The position numbers were made by a program, and so were the translations under genes. Below the pieces are notes generated by a model. The model was not told the origin of the DNA. It made no database searches and was given only the letters and a program-made list of their open reading frames with translations. This document shows positions 18,612 to 29,104 of a stretch of DNA of 64,000 nt, piece by piece. Each line of letters starts with the position of its first letter. The first letter of the stretch is position 1. This DNA comes from Candidatus Nomurabacteria bacterium RIFCSPHIGHO2_01_FULL_36_23 (GTDB taxonomy: Bacteria > Patescibacteriota > Minisyncoccia > Phycocordibacterales > UBA9973), in the NCBI GenBank assembly GCA_001786745.1, contig MFTF01000018.1:23577-87576 (forward strand), written 5' to 3'.

Positions 18612-21600
18612 ATGATTGAAAACGAAAAGAATAAGAAATCTGATATGGCGTTTCGCGAGGAGCGGGTTTTGGAATTCTGGCGGGAAAATAAAATTTTTGA
18701 GAAATCACTAGAAAAAGAATCACCGAAAGGGGAATTTATTTTTTACGATGGCCCAGCCACCGCAAATGCCATTCCGCCCCTTCACTCGCTAGTGCCGCGT
18801 GTTTTCAAAGACGCTATTCCTCGTTATAAAACAATGCGTGGCTATCATGTCCGTCGCAAAGTTGGTTGGGATACTCATGGCTTGCCGGTGGAACTGCAAA
18901 TAGAAAAAAAACTTGGTTTAAAATCCAAAAAAGAAATTGAAGAATATGGAATCGCAGCTTTCAATAAGCTTTGCAAAGACAGCGTATGGGAATTTATTGG
19001 AGCGTGGAATAAGTTTACTGCTCGGAGCGGTTACTGGATAGATTTTAAAAATCCATACATTACTTACGAGAATCCATATATTGAATCCATTTGGAATATT
19101 GTAAAAAAAATAAATGATCAAGGACTTTTATACAAAGACTATAGAGTAGTACCCTGGTGTCCGCGTTGTGGTACGGTTTTGTCCTCGCATGAGCTTGCGC
19201 AAGGATATGAAGACGTGAAAGATTTGTCGGTTTATATAAAATTTAAAGCAAAAGGGCAAGACAATACTTATATCCTCGCATGGACGACGACACCCTGGAC
19301 ATTACCTGGAAATGTTGCACTTGCGATTGGTGAAAAGATTGAATATGTAAAAATAAAAGTTGGAAATGAAATATTAATTTTAGCTAAAGCGCGACTTCCA
19401 ATACTCACTGATCCATATGAAATTATTGATGAAGTTAAGGGCAAAGATTTGGTTGGTTTAGAATACGAACCACTTTTTCCATATTTAAAAGAACAAATTG
19501 AGCAAAAGGGAGAAAAAACAGACAAAGCATTCAAGGTTTATTCAGCGAATTTTGTAAATACGGAAGAAGGAACCGGGATTGTGCATACCGCCGTTATGTA
19601 TGGTCAAGACGATTTTGAACTTGGCGCAAAAATTGGTCTGCCCAAATATCACCTGGTAAATCCTGAAGGAAAATTTATAAAAGGCACAGGGTTTTTAGAA
19701 GATAGATTTGTCAAAGAAAAAGATGAAAATGGCAAACCTACTTTAGATGTGGATATTATTAAATACCTGACAGACAAAAATCTATTTTTAAAAAAAGAAA
19801 ATTACGAGCATCCGTATCCACATTGCTGGCGTTGCTATACAGCGCTCATATATTATGCGCGCGATTCTTGGTATATCAAAATGTCTGATCCGAAAATTAA
19901 GAAACAATTAATCAGCGAAAATAAAAAAATAAATTGGGAACCAGCGCATATTAGAGATGGTCGTTTCGGCGAATGGCTAAGAGAGATTAAAGATTGGGCA
20001 ATATCCCGCGAACGTTATTGGGGCACGCCCCTACCTGTCTGGATAAATCAAAACGATGAAAAATTAATAATCGGCTCAATTGATGAATTAAGAAAATATT
20101 CCCAAAAATCCGGCAATGAATATTTTGTATTGCGTCACGGAGAAGCGGAAAACATTATCCTTAATATCACTACTTCAAATAAATCCGAATATGACAAGTA
20201 TCATTTGACCGAAAAAGGAAAAAAAGAGGTACTAGCTTCAGCTGGGAATTTAAAAAATAAAAAAATTGACCTAATTATTTCATCTCCCCTTATTCGCACG
20301 AAAGAGACGGCGGAGATCATCGCTGAAGCAATAGGATTTTCCAAAAGTGATGTTATTTATGATGAACGACTTCGCGAGGTGGATACGGGGGATTTTCGCG
20401 ATAGAAAAAACACCGAGTATCACTCTTTCTTTTTTTCACTAGAAGAAAAATTCACCAAAAGACCGCCCAATGGGGAAAATTTGACTGAGCTTCGGCGTCG
20501 AATAATGGAATTTCTCTATGAAACTGAAAAAAAATATCAAGAAAAAAAGATTTTAATTGTATCTCACGAATATGCTGTTTGGATGATGTTTACTGGAACC
20601 TTCGGTTGGAGTAATAAGCAAAGCGCAGAAGAAAAAAGCCATAAAGATGATTTTATTAAAACAGGGGAAGTGCTGGGTTTACCTTTTGTGCCATTACCAC
20701 ATGATGATAATTTTGAACTTGATTTACATCGTCCATACATTGACGATATTGTGCTAGAAAAAAACAATAAAGAATTTTATCGCACAAAAGAAGTGATGGA
20801 TGTTTGGTTTGACTCCGGGACAATGCCTTTTGCGCAAGATCACTATCCTTTTTCCGCCAGAAACGAACTCGCCTCTGGCGGAGACAATCAAAAATCACAA
20901 AAACTTCTTTACCCTGCAGATTTTATCTCTGAAGGAATTGATCAAACTCGGGGGTGGTTTTATACTTTGCACGCCGTTGGAGTGCTTATGGGTCGTGGCA
21001 AGGCGTATAAAAACGTCATCTGTCTGGGGCATTTACTGGATGCTATGGGCAAAAAAATGTCTAAATCTCTCGGCAATATCGTTGATCCGTGGGTAATGAT
21101 GGATAAATATGGCGTGGATACGCTTCGTCTCTGGATGTATTCAATCAATCAACCGGGCGAGTCTAAAAATTTTAATGAAAAAACAGTATCTTTACTGCAT
21201 CAACAAGTTTTCACTCTATTGTATAATGTGCTTGCTTTTTATGAATTATACAGAGATAAAGAATTAGAAAATAATGACAGACCTAAATCAAAAAATATTT
21301 TAGACCAATGGATTTTGGCGCGATTAACCGAATTAATTAGTGAATCCACAAAAAAAATGGAAGATTATAAATTACTTGAGCCGACTAGAGCAATTAGAGA
21401 TTTTATCGGAGATCTCTCCACTTGGTATTTGCGCCGTTCTCGCGAGCGAATTAAAGAGGAGGCAACAAATCCCGAACTAGAGCAAGCTCAATACGGGGCA
21501 AGAGCAACTTTATATTTTGTTCTAAAAAATTTAACAAAAGTTATGGCACCACTAGCACCATTTGCAGCCGAAGATATTTGGTTAAAACTCAAGAATGGCA

Positions 21601-22142
21601 ATGATACAGAGAGTGTCCATCTAACAAAATGGCCCCTCGCTTTCGCTCGGGACCTTCGGTCAAAAGTTTTGAGAAATATGTCAGAAGTTAGGAAAATAGT
21701 TTCACTTGGCTTTGAAGCTCGGCAAAAAGCAAAAATTCAAGTTCGTCAGCCACTGGTCAAACTGGAAGTGAAGAATTTTGATTTAAGTCAAGAATATATT
21801 GAGCTCATAAAAGAAGAACTCAATGTGAAAGAGATAAAACAGAATAAAAATCTTAATAACGATGTTATTCTTGATGTAAATATTACTCCAGAATTGAAAC
21901 AAGAAGGGAGCTATCGCGAGCTTTTGCGGGCGATTCAAAATATGCGCAAAAAGATGGAATTAACGCCAAATGATATAATTTTACTTACTTTGGACACAAA
22001 CAATGAGGGCAAAAAATTGGTCCAAAAATTTAAATCTGACATGAAAAAAGTTGTATTAGCTTCTAAAATAGAATTCGGGGAAAATGACGGTGATGAAGTA
22101 AAAATAGATGAACTGGTGTTTAAGGTTAAAATTGATAAATGA
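18612..22142 (+). CDS. ileS: Isoleucine--tRNA ligase (type 2) with inserted histidine-phosphatase domain
   Basis: GWDTHGLPVE, WTTTPWTLP, DWAISRERYWGTP, DQTRGWF, KMSKS; internal RHG domain. Confidence 0.96.
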   Translation: MIENEKNKKSDMAFREERVLEFWRENKIFEKSLEKESPKGEFIFYDGPATANAIPPLHSLVPRVFKDAIPRYKTMRGYHVRRKVGWDTHGLPVELQIEKKLGLKSKKEIEEYGIAAFNKLCKDSVWEFIGAWNKFTARSGYWIDFKNPYITYENPYIESIWNIVKKINDQGLLYKDYRVVPWCPRCGTVLSSHELAQGYEDVKDLSVYIKFKAKGQDNTYILAWTTTPWTLPGNVALAIGEKIEYVKIKVGNEILILAKARLPILTDPYEIIDEVKGKDLVGLEYEPLFPYLKEQIEQKGEKTDKAFKVYSANFVNTEEGTGIVHTAVMYGQDDFELGAKIGLPKYHLVNPEGKFIKGTGFLEDRFVKEKDENGKPTLDVDIIKYLTDKNLFLKKENYEHPYPHCWRCYTALIYYARDSWYIKMSDPKIKKQLISENKKINWEPAHIRDGRFGEWLREIKDWAISRERYWGTPLPVWINQNDEKLIIGSIDELRKYSQKSGNEYFVLRHGEAENIILNITTSNKSEYDKYHLTEKGKKEVLASAGNLKNKKIDLIISSPLIRTKETAEIIAEAIGFSKSDVIYDERLREVDTGDFRDRKNTEYHSFFFSLEEKFTKRPPNGENLTELRRRIMEFLYETEKKYQEKKILIVSHEYAVWMMFTGTFGWSNKQSAEEKSHKDDFIKTGEVLGLPFVPLPHDDNFELDLHRPYIDDIVLEKNNKEFYRTKEVMDVWFDSGTMPFAQDHYPFSARNELASGGDNQKSQKLLYPADFISEGIDQTRGWFYTLHAVGVLMGRGKAYKNVICLGHLLDAMGKKMSKSLGNIVDPWVMMDKYGVDTLRLWMYSINQPGESKNFNEKTVSLLHQQVFTLLYNVLAFYELYRDKELENNDRPKSKNILDQWILARLTELISESTKKMEDYKLLEPTRAIRDFIGDLSTWYLRRSRERIKEEATNPELEQAQYGARATLYFVLKNLTKVMAPLAPFAAEDIWLKLKNGNDTESVHLTKWPLAFARDLRSKVLRNMSEVRKIVSLGFEARQKAKIQVRQPLVKLEVKNFDLSQEYIELIKEELNVKEIKQNKNLNNDVILDVNITPELKQEGSYRELLRAIQNMRKKMELTPNDIILLTLDTNNEGKKLVQKFKSDMKKVVLASKIEFGENDGDEVKIDELVFKVKIDK

Positions 22143-22145
22143 AAT

Positions 22146-22745
22146 ATGAAACTAATTCTTTTTGATTTTGATGGGGTGCTGATTGATACCTTTATTATTA
22201 GTTTGAAAATTAGCAGAGAAGTTAATAAAAAAATGTCCCTTAATTTATTCCGTTCTATTTTTAATGGTAATATTTATGATTCATTAAAAAATAATACTAA
22301 AGTAAAGCAACATCCAGAATTTTTTAAACTATATGAAAAACAATCCCGAAAACTTGAAATTCCAAAAAAATTAAAAGATTTAATTTGTAAATTAAGTAAA
22401 AATTATACACTTGCTATCATTTCAGCGACTCCTTCAACGCTCATCGCAACAATTTTAAAACAAGCGAATGTATTTAAGTATTTTTCCGATATATTGGGAG
22501 GCGATATTCACACGAGTAAGGTCGTAAAAAATAAAATGCTTTTAGAAAAATATAAAATTGAACCCAAAGACGCAGTTTTTATTACGGATACTACAGGCGA
22601 TATTCTTGAAGCGCGAGAATGTGGCATAGAATCTATTGCCGTAACCTGGGGTTTTCACGAAAAAGAAACATTGCAAAAGGAGAAACCCTTTAAAATCGTT
22701 AGTACTCCTGAAGATTTAGAAAAAGCCATAGAAGAAATTTTGTGA
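22146..22745 (+). CDS. HAD-family hydrolase
   Basis: FDFDGVLIDT motif I; ITDTTGD; VTWGF. Confidence 0.92.
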   Translation: MKLILFDFDGVLIDTFIISLKISREVNKKMSLNLFRSIFNGNIYDSLKNNTKVKQHPEFFKLYEKQSRKLEIPKKLKDLICKLSKNYTLAIISATPSTLIATILKQANVFKYFSDILGGDIHTSKVVKNKMLLEKYKIEPKDAVFITDTTGDILEARECGIESIAVTWGFHEKETLQKEKPFKIVSTPEDLEKAIEEIL

Positions 22746-22757
22746 TAAAATAGAGTC

Positions 22758-23396
22758 ATGAAAATTAAAAAACTTGGGCATTGTTGCTTGATTATAAAGG
22801 TAAATAGCAAAAGAGTAATGACAGATCCGGGATCTTATACAATTTCTGAACAAGAGATAGAAAAAAATATTGACCTAATTCTTATTACGCATGAACATTC
22901 AGATCATCTCCACGTTGATTCGCTAAAAAATATTTTAGTCAATAATCCTAATGCAATAGTTGTGACAAATAGTGCAGTGGGGAAAATTATAGCCGAAGCC
23001 GGAATTAAATATAAAAAGTTAGAAGATGGTCAATCAGGTGAATTTGCCGGAGTTTTCCTTGAAGCTCACGGAGATAAGCATGCGGAAATTTACGAAGAGT
23101 TTGGACAAGTTCAGAATACAGGATATTTTATAGGTCAAGATTTATTTTATCCCGGTGATGCTTTTACTAATCCAAATAAAAAAGTTGAAGTATTAGCACT
23201 TCCTGTTTTGGCACCGTGGCTTAAAATTAAAGAATCAATAAATTATGCTATTTTATTAAAACCTCACATATGTTTTCCTGTTCATGATTGGAATATTAAA
23301 ATACCCGGCATTGTGCACAAAACTCCAAGTATTGTCTTAGCAGAGCACAACATCAGTTTTAAAGTTTTAGAAATCGGCAAAGAGGAAGAAATTTAA
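22758..23396 (+). CDS. MBL-fold metallo-hydrolase
   Basis: THEHSDH, PGD, PVHD. Confidence 0.92.
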   Translation: MKIKKLGHCCLIIKVNSKRVMTDPGSYTISEQEIEKNIDLILITHEHSDHLHVDSLKNILVNNPNAIVVTNSAVGKIIAEAGIKYKKLEDGQSGEFAGVFLEAHGDKHAEIYEEFGQVQNTGYFIGQDLFYPGDAFTNPNKKVEVLALPVLAPWLKIKESINYAILLKPHICFPVHDWNIKIPGIVHKTPSIVLAEHNISFKVLEIGKEEEI

Positions 23397-23397
23397 G

Positions 23398-23433
23398 TAT
23401 AACAAACTATCGCGGCCGCGAAAATATGTTATG
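23398..23433. repeat. 36-bp palindromic direct repeat B, upstream copy overlapping promoter
   Basis: tataacaaactatcgcggccgcgaaaatatgttatg; TGTTATGAT-6nt-ATG overlaps its end; 28/36 to 23911-23946. Confidence 0.9.
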
Positions 23434-23441
23434 ATAAATCT

Positions 23442-23915
23442 ATGGAACTGACAACACTAGATCACTTAATAGCGTTTTTGCTTTCTGCTCGTTCAACGAG
23501 GATATATAGAAAAATATTATGGTCAAGAGTGTATATGAGACAAAAAAACTTAAGCACCGAAGCTTTTCGCCAGCATATTTACCGTTTACATAAAAAGGGA
23601 ATTATTGAAGCAAAAGGTAATAAAGTTTATATTTATCGAGAAAATCTTTTAAAGTTTTCAGTCAAAAGGAATTCAATAATGAAAAACATTTTTCCAGACA
23701 AAACAGAAAAAGTTCTCATATCTTTTGATATACCCGAGAAAAAGAAAAAAATGAGAGATTGGTTACGGAATCAAATAAAGTATTGGGATTTTGAAATGAT
23801 TCACGAAAGTTTATGGCTTGGGTATGGGCCACTACCCAAAGCGTTTAATGATAGATTAAAACATCTTGGTATTTATAAAAATGTTCGGGTATTTAGAGTT
23901 AGAAAAATAGCATAA
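23442..23915 (+). CDS. PaaX-like protein (wHTH-like + Cas2-like domain), copy 2
   Basis: IYRLHKKGII helix; ISFDIPEKKKKMRDWLR..FEMIHESLW. Confidence 0.8.
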   Translation: MELTTLDHLIAFLLSARSTRIYRKILWSRVYMRQKNLSTEAFRQHIYRLHKKGIIEAKGNKVYIYRENLLKFSVKRNSIMKNIFPDKTEKVLISFDIPEKKKKMRDWLRNQIKYWDFEMIHESLWLGYGPLPKAFNDRLKHLGIYKNVRVFRVRKIA

Positions 23916-23946
23916 CAATATATCGCGGTTACGAAAAAATGTTATA
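23911..23946. repeat. 36-bp palindromic direct repeat B, downstream copy
   Basis: cataacaatatatcgcggttacgaaaaaatgttata; contains the stop codon of the gene. Confidence 0.9.
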
Positions 23947-23984
23947 TATGGATTTATGAAGGAAAAGTGTAGTAAAATAAATAA

Positions 23985-24566
23985 ATGCACCACATTTATC
24001 ACACGGAAGGAATAATATTGGGGAGCAAGAACTTCGGAGAAACGGAAAGATATTATTCCATATTTACCAAAAATCTGGGAATGATTTATGCTTCGGCGCA
24101 AGGGGTGCGTAAAATGTCTTCAAAATTGCGTTTCATGTTGCAGGATTTTGCCTACCTTAAAATTGATCTGGTGCAGGGCAAAGATTTCTGGCGCGTGACA
24201 AATGTGTCAAAGACAAATAAATTAGAACAGATTGCTAAACAGTCAGAACATTTTGTAGTTTTTTTTAATATTGCGCGGTTATTGAAACGTTTGCTGGCTG
24301 GCGTTGAACCTAATCCAGCTTTATTTCTTGATCTTTTAAACGGTTTATTTATTTTAGAAAAATCAGAAACGAAGGAAGAGTTGCATAACATTGAAGTAAT
24401 TATTGTTTTGCGCATACTTAATAATTTGGGATATATTGGTGAAAATGAGACGTTGCAAAATATAATTAAATCGCCCTTTGAAAAAGATTTAATCTTTGAA
24501 GTTTCAAGAAGTAGAACTAAAATACTCTCGGCAATTAATAAGGCGCTAAAAGAGACACATCTGTAA
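23985..24566 (+). CDS. recO: DNA repair protein RecO (short form)
   Basis: TEGIILGSKNFGE..IFTKNLG..AQGVRK..SKL N-terminal OB motif. Confidence 0.85.
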   Translation: MHHIYHTEGIILGSKNFGETERYYSIFTKNLGMIYASAQGVRKMSSKLRFMLQDFAYLKIDLVQGKDFWRVTNVSKTNKLEQIAKQSEHFVVFFNIARLLKRLLAGVEPNPALFLDLLNGLFILEKSETKEELHNIEVIIVLRILNNLGYIGENETLQNIIKSPFEKDLIFEVSRSRTKILSAINKALKETHL

Positions 24567-24586
24567 ATTATGCTATAATTCCTCAT

Positions 24587-26530
24587 ATGTCGTTGAATGA
24601 TGGAGATAAATTAAACAGAATAGAGGAACTTAAAAGCAAGCTCTTCAGTAAAAACTATCAGACAAAAATAGAACATCAAGATAATTTTACTCATTTAAGT
24701 AATAAGAATGATGTACCAGATTTTTGGCAAGATAATACCAGAAAGAGATTTAACTCTGGAGAAAAATTTTTTATGAAAACCCCCATATTTAAGAATTTTT
24801 TTATCTTTTCAGTAGTTTTTTTTATTTTAACTCTAGGATATGCTTCTTATGTGTTTTTTGTTGGAAGCAACACTATCTCTAAAGATAATATTGATATCTC
24901 TATACTGGGAAATACTTTTACTGCTGGGGGAGAAGAGCTTTCGCTTGTTGTTGGAGTTACAAATAGAAATAGTTCTTCCTTAGATTTAGTTGATCTTGTT
25001 ATAGAATATCCTAAAAGTTCTTTGAATTCCCAAATTGATTCGTCTAATCAAACTGAGAGACTTCGCATGTCATTGGGAATGATTCCCACTGGAGCAATAC
25101 GAAATGAGAATGTGAAAATAGTGCTTTTCGGTGAACAAGGAAGTATTCTTCCCATAAAAATTTTTATTGAGTATCGGGTGGAAGGGTCAAATGCTATTTT
25201 TGTGAAAGAAAAGCTCTACGAAGTCACTATAAACTCTACACCCATAAATCTTTCTGTTGATGCTCCTATGTCAACAAGCCCCAACCAAGATATCGTTCTT
25301 AATATAAAATCAACATTAAATGCCACTAAACCAATCTCCAAAATACTTCTGAAACTTGATTATCCAGCCGGATTCCAATTTATGTCATCCAAGCCAGCGC
25401 CTTCCCTCGGTAATAATATTTGGAATTTAGGAGATCTTGCTCCCGGCGCAGAGCGTAATATTTCTATAACAGGTAAAATGCTTGATGTTTTTGAGGGAGA
25501 AGAAAAAACATTCCAAATATGGAGCGGATCGCAATCCAAGTCAGATAAGTCCATGATTGATGTTATTTTTAATTCTTTGGCGCATACTATTATGATAAAA
25601 AAACCCTTTATTGAAGCAAAACTTTTTGTAAATGGTGAATATCAGAAAGAATATGCGATAGATTCAAGAACTATGGTTAATGGAGAAATTCGTTGGATAA
25701 ATAATTTAGATACAAATATAAATGACCTGGAAATTCGGGCAAAAATTCTCGGAAATGCGGTTAATCGCAAAACCATAAACGCGATGCAAGGTTTTTATAA
25801 CTCATCCGATGATATAATAATTTGGGACAAAAATTCTTATAGCCAATTTAAAGAAGTAAATCCTGGTGATTCTGGGTCTGTTGATTTTTCTTTCTCCCCG
25901 CTGTCATTATTCTCGGTCTCGGGCGGAGTGCTTTCTAACCCTTCCATTGATATAGAAATAAATATTGCCGGGAAACAAGCGCTTGAAGGTTATGATCTCA
26001 AAGATTTGAATAATTCAGGATCCTCAATAATTCGTATTATTTCTGATGTTGGGTTTGGGACCAAAGCCTTGTATTACTCCGGACCTTTTAAAAATGCTGG
26101 TCCTACATCCCCAACAGTTGAAAAAGAAACAACCTATACTGTTATTTGGACTCTTTCCAATAGCGCAAACAATATTTCAAAAGCGCAAATACGTTCTACT
26201 CTTCCATCGTGGATGCGTTTTGTGGGACCTTTTTCTCCCGCAGTAGAAGATTTGACTTACAATTCTTCTACCAAAGAAATAACTTGGAATGTGGGGAATA
26301 TTCCCAAGGGCACCGGTATTACCGGGGCAGAGAAAGAAATTGCCTTTCAAATAGCGTTTATTCCTTCGCTCTCTCAAATCGGTTCTCTTCCTGTTATTAT
26401 CAACGATAGCATTTTGACTGGACACGATGATTTTGCTAATGTGGATGTGAGAGTAAGTAAAACATCATTAAATACCAGACTTGATAATGACCCGTTATTT
26501 CCTTCTTCTGAGGGAGTAGTCACAGAATAA
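24587..26530 (+). CDS. Membrane-anchored protein with Ig-like/DUF11-like beta repeats
   Basis: One TM near aa 70-92, then WNLGDLAPG / WNVGNIPKG beta-sandwich-like repeats. Confidence 0.65.
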   Translation: MSLNDGDKLNRIEELKSKLFSKNYQTKIEHQDNFTHLSNKNDVPDFWQDNTRKRFNSGEKFFMKTPIFKNFFIFSVVFFILTLGYASYVFFVGSNTISKDNIDISILGNTFTAGGEELSLVVGVTNRNSSSLDLVDLVIEYPKSSLNSQIDSSNQTERLRMSLGMIPTGAIRNENVKIVLFGEQGSILPIKIFIEYRVEGSNAIFVKEKLYEVTINSTPINLSVDAPMSTSPNQDIVLNIKSTLNATKPISKILLKLDYPAGFQFMSSKPAPSLGNNIWNLGDLAPGAERNISITGKMLDVFEGEEKTFQIWSGSQSKSDKSMIDVIFNSLAHTIMIKKPFIEAKLFVNGEYQKEYAIDSRTMVNGEIRWINNLDTNINDLEIRAKILGNAVNRKTINAMQGFYNSSDDIIIWDKNSYSQFKEVNPGDSGSVDFSFSPLSLFSVSGGVLSNPSIDIEINIAGKQALEGYDLKDLNNSGSSIIRIISDVGFGTKALYYSGPFKNAGPTSPTVEKETTYTVIWTLSNSANNISKAQIRSTLPSWMRFVGPFSPAVEDLTYNSSTKEITWNVGNIPKGTGITGAEKEIAFQIAFIPSLSQIGSLPVIINDSILTGHDDFANVDVRVSKTSLNTRLDNDPLFPSSEGVVTE

Positions 26531-26567
26531 GTTATAAAATTTCTAAAGTAAAAAGTTATAAAGTAAA

Positions 26568-27959
26568 ATGAAAGAAGAAAAATTAGATAAAAATAATTTA
26601 ATGGAAAAAATAGTTTCACTTTGCAAAAGGCGAGGCTTTGTTTTTCAAGGTTCGGAGATTTACGGAGGATTTGCCGGAACCTATGATTGGGGTTCGCTTG
26701 GTGTTGCCCTTAAAAGAAATATTACTGATACTTGGAATAAGGCGATGCAAGATCATCCAAATATGACTTTCCTTGACTCAAGTATTTTTACTTCTGGAAA
26801 AGTTTGGGAAGCGAGTGGGCATGTCTCAGGATTTTCAGATCCTCTCATTGTTTGTAATAAATGCAAAGAAAAATCTCGCGCTGATCATTTACTGGAAAAT
26901 ATTGGAATAAAAGCTGATGAAAAATTGAGCGAATTAGAAATCAACAAGATTTTTAACGAGAGTAGAAATAAAATAAAATGTCCAGGATGTGGTGCTAAAG
27001 ATTTTGGAAAAGTTCATGCTTCAAATTTACTTGCTACCTCTAATCTCGGAATGCTCGATGAAAATGAACAGCAAGTATATCTTCGTGGAGAAACTGCGCA
27101 AGGTATTTATATAAATTATAAAAATGTTTTAGATACTGGTTTTGTGTCTATTCCTTTTGGTATTGCTCAAATAGGGAAGGCTTTTCGTAATGAAATTAGT
27201 CCACGTCAGTTTTTATTTCGTAAGCGTGAATTTGAGCAGATGGAAATGCAGTATTTTTGTAATCCAAATGAAGCAATGGATAATTATGAAATTTGGAAAA
27301 AAGAAAGAATGGAATATTATCAAATGTTGGGAATAAATCCTAAAAAGCTTAGATTTAAACCACACGAAAACCTTGTTTTTTATGCGAAAGCCGCCTGTGA
27401 CATAGAATATGAATTTCCTTTCGGTTGGAATGAGCTTGAAGGAATACATTATCGTGGAGATTATGATCTAACTCAGCATCAAAAATTCTCTGGTGTAGAT
27501 ATGAAATTTTGTGACGAAGAAACAAAAGAAAAATATATTCCACATATAGTTGAAACATCAGTTGGGGTGGACCGAACAGTACTTATGGTTTTATGTGATG
27601 CTTATTGTGAGGACAAAATAGGAGAAAGTGAAAGAGTTGTTTTAAAATTTCCTCCCAAACTTGCTCCGATAGTATGCGCCGTATCTCCATTACTTAAAAA
27701 CAAGCCAGAACTTATTAGTAAAGCCAAAGATGTTTTTGATGTTCTCAAAGCCGAGTTCGGTCGTGTGGCGTGGGACGACAATGGCAATATCGGCAAACGT
27801 TATCGCCGTCAAGATGAAATCGGCACGCCATATTGCATTGTGGTTGATTTTGATACTCTTGCTGACAATACTGTGACCGTGCGAGATCGTGATACTGGAG
27901 AACAAGAGAGAATAAAAGTAGAAAATTTGAAAAGTTATATAAAAGAGAAAATACAATGA
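26568..27959 (+). CDS. glyQS: Glycine--tRNA ligase (alpha2 type)
   Basis: LCKRRGF, YLRGETAQG, GKAFRNEI, REFEQME, IGKRYRRQDEIGTP. Confidence 0.97.
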   Translation: MKEEKLDKNNLMEKIVSLCKRRGFVFQGSEIYGGFAGTYDWGSLGVALKRNITDTWNKAMQDHPNMTFLDSSIFTSGKVWEASGHVSGFSDPLIVCNKCKEKSRADHLLENIGIKADEKLSELEINKIFNESRNKIKCPGCGAKDFGKVHASNLLATSNLGMLDENEQQVYLRGETAQGIYINYKNVLDTGFVSIPFGIAQIGKAFRNEISPRQFLFRKREFEQMEMQYFCNPNEAMDNYEIWKKERMEYYQMLGINPKKLRFKPHENLVFYAKAACDIEYEFPFGWNELEGIHYRGDYDLTQHQKFSGVDMKFCDEETKEKYIPHIVETSVGVDRTVLMVLCDAYCEDKIGESERVVLKFPPKLAPIVCAVSPLLKNKPELISKAKDVFDVLKAEFGRVAWDDNGNIGKRYRRQDEIGTPYCIVVDFDTLADNTVTVRDRDTGEQERIKVENLKSYIKEKIQ

Positions 27960-28387
27960 AAAAAGGAGAAGATTACACTGGCATTGCTGTAGTATATTTA
28001 TATCATGATGGTAAGGGTAATGTACTACTTGCTAAAAGAAGTAATAACGCTAGAGATGAACAAGGTAGATGGGATATTAGTGGCGGTGGAGTAGAGTTTG
28101 GAGATACTATTGAAAATACTTTAAGAAAAGAAATTAAAGAAGAATACTGTACTGATGTTTCTGATTATCAATTTTTGGGGTATAGAGATGTGCATAGAGA
28201 ACATGATGGTGGAAAAACACACTGGATTGCCCTCGATTTTAAAGTTCTTATAAATAAAGAAAAAGCTAAAATTGGCGAACTACATAAATTTGATGCTTTG
28301 GAATGGTTTACCTTAAAAAATTTGCCCAGTCCAGTGCATTCTCAATTTCCAAATTTTTTAGAAAAATATAAAGATAAATTACCGTAA
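27956..28387 (+). CDS. NUDIX hydrolase
   Basis: GGGVEFGDTIENTLRKEIKEE Nudix box. Confidence 0.9.
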   Translation: MKKGEDYTGIAVVYLYHDGKGNVLLAKRSNNARDEQGRWDISGGGVEFGDTIENTLRKEIKEEYCTDVSDYQFLGYRDVHREHDGGKTHWIALDFKVLINKEKAKIGELHKFDALEWFTLKNLPSPVHSQFPNFLEKYKDKLP

Positions 28388-28423
28388 AACCCCCTTGTTT
28401 TAACTTGAACAACTTTTTAACTA

Positions 28424-28459
28424 TTTACTTAACATACGCTATAGCGTGAGTCTAGTAAA
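28424..28459. repeat. 36-bp palindromic direct repeat C, upstream copy
   Basis: tttacttaacatacgctatagcgtgagtctagtaaa; 29/36 to 29105-29140. Confidence 0.9.
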
Positions 28460-28480
28460 TTATGATAAGATAATTAAATT

Positions 28481-29070
28481 ATGGGGAATATAGAAAAAGA
28501 AGTAAAAAAAAGAGACAAAAGAGCAAGGTTGCAAAAGATTATTTTATCCACTATTTTTGCTCTTGGTGGCTTAAGTGTCGCTTTAATAGCTCCGAAAATG
28601 ACAAAAGTATTGGTAAAGTTTGAACCGGAATTTATGAAAGATAAGTATAGAAAATACTCTTTTAATAGATCACTGGTTAGACTCAAAGATGCTGGTTTTA
28701 TTGTTTTTGAAAAAACAGAAAGAGGGAATTTTGCCTGTCTGACCCCAAAAGGAAAAGAAAAGTTGCGCCAGCTAACAATTCATAATTTTAAAATAAAAAA
28801 ACCTAAAAATGGGATGGAAAATGGAGATTACTCATGTTTGATATTAAAGAAAAAAGAAAAAGCACTAGAGATAAAATTCGGCATAATTTATTTAAAATTG
28901 GATTTATAAGATTGCAAGATAGCGTCTGGGTATATCCTTATGATTGTGAAGATTTTATTAACTTAATGAAAGCTGATTTTAAAATAGGGAAAGACTTGTT
29001 GTATGTAGTAGCGGATAAAATTGAAAATGATAAATTCCTCGCCCAACATTTTAAATTATTTAATAGTTAA
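28481..29070 (+). pseudogene. PaaX-like protein copy 3, split by a 1-nt frameshift
   Basis: Adding one A to the A5 run at 28805-28809 joins ORFs 28481-28909 and 28834-29070 into KKPKKWDGKWRLLMFDIKEK..LQDSVWVYPY. Confidence 0.85.
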
Positions 29071-29104
29071 TTTTTTTATATTTTTCTTATTTACATATTT
29101 CAGA

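Noticed and set aside
28795-28801. Programmed -1 frameshift at A_AAA_AAA to rescue PaaX-like copy 3
   Set aside because: A -1 shift there reads ACC TAA and stops; the lesion must be in the later A5 run.
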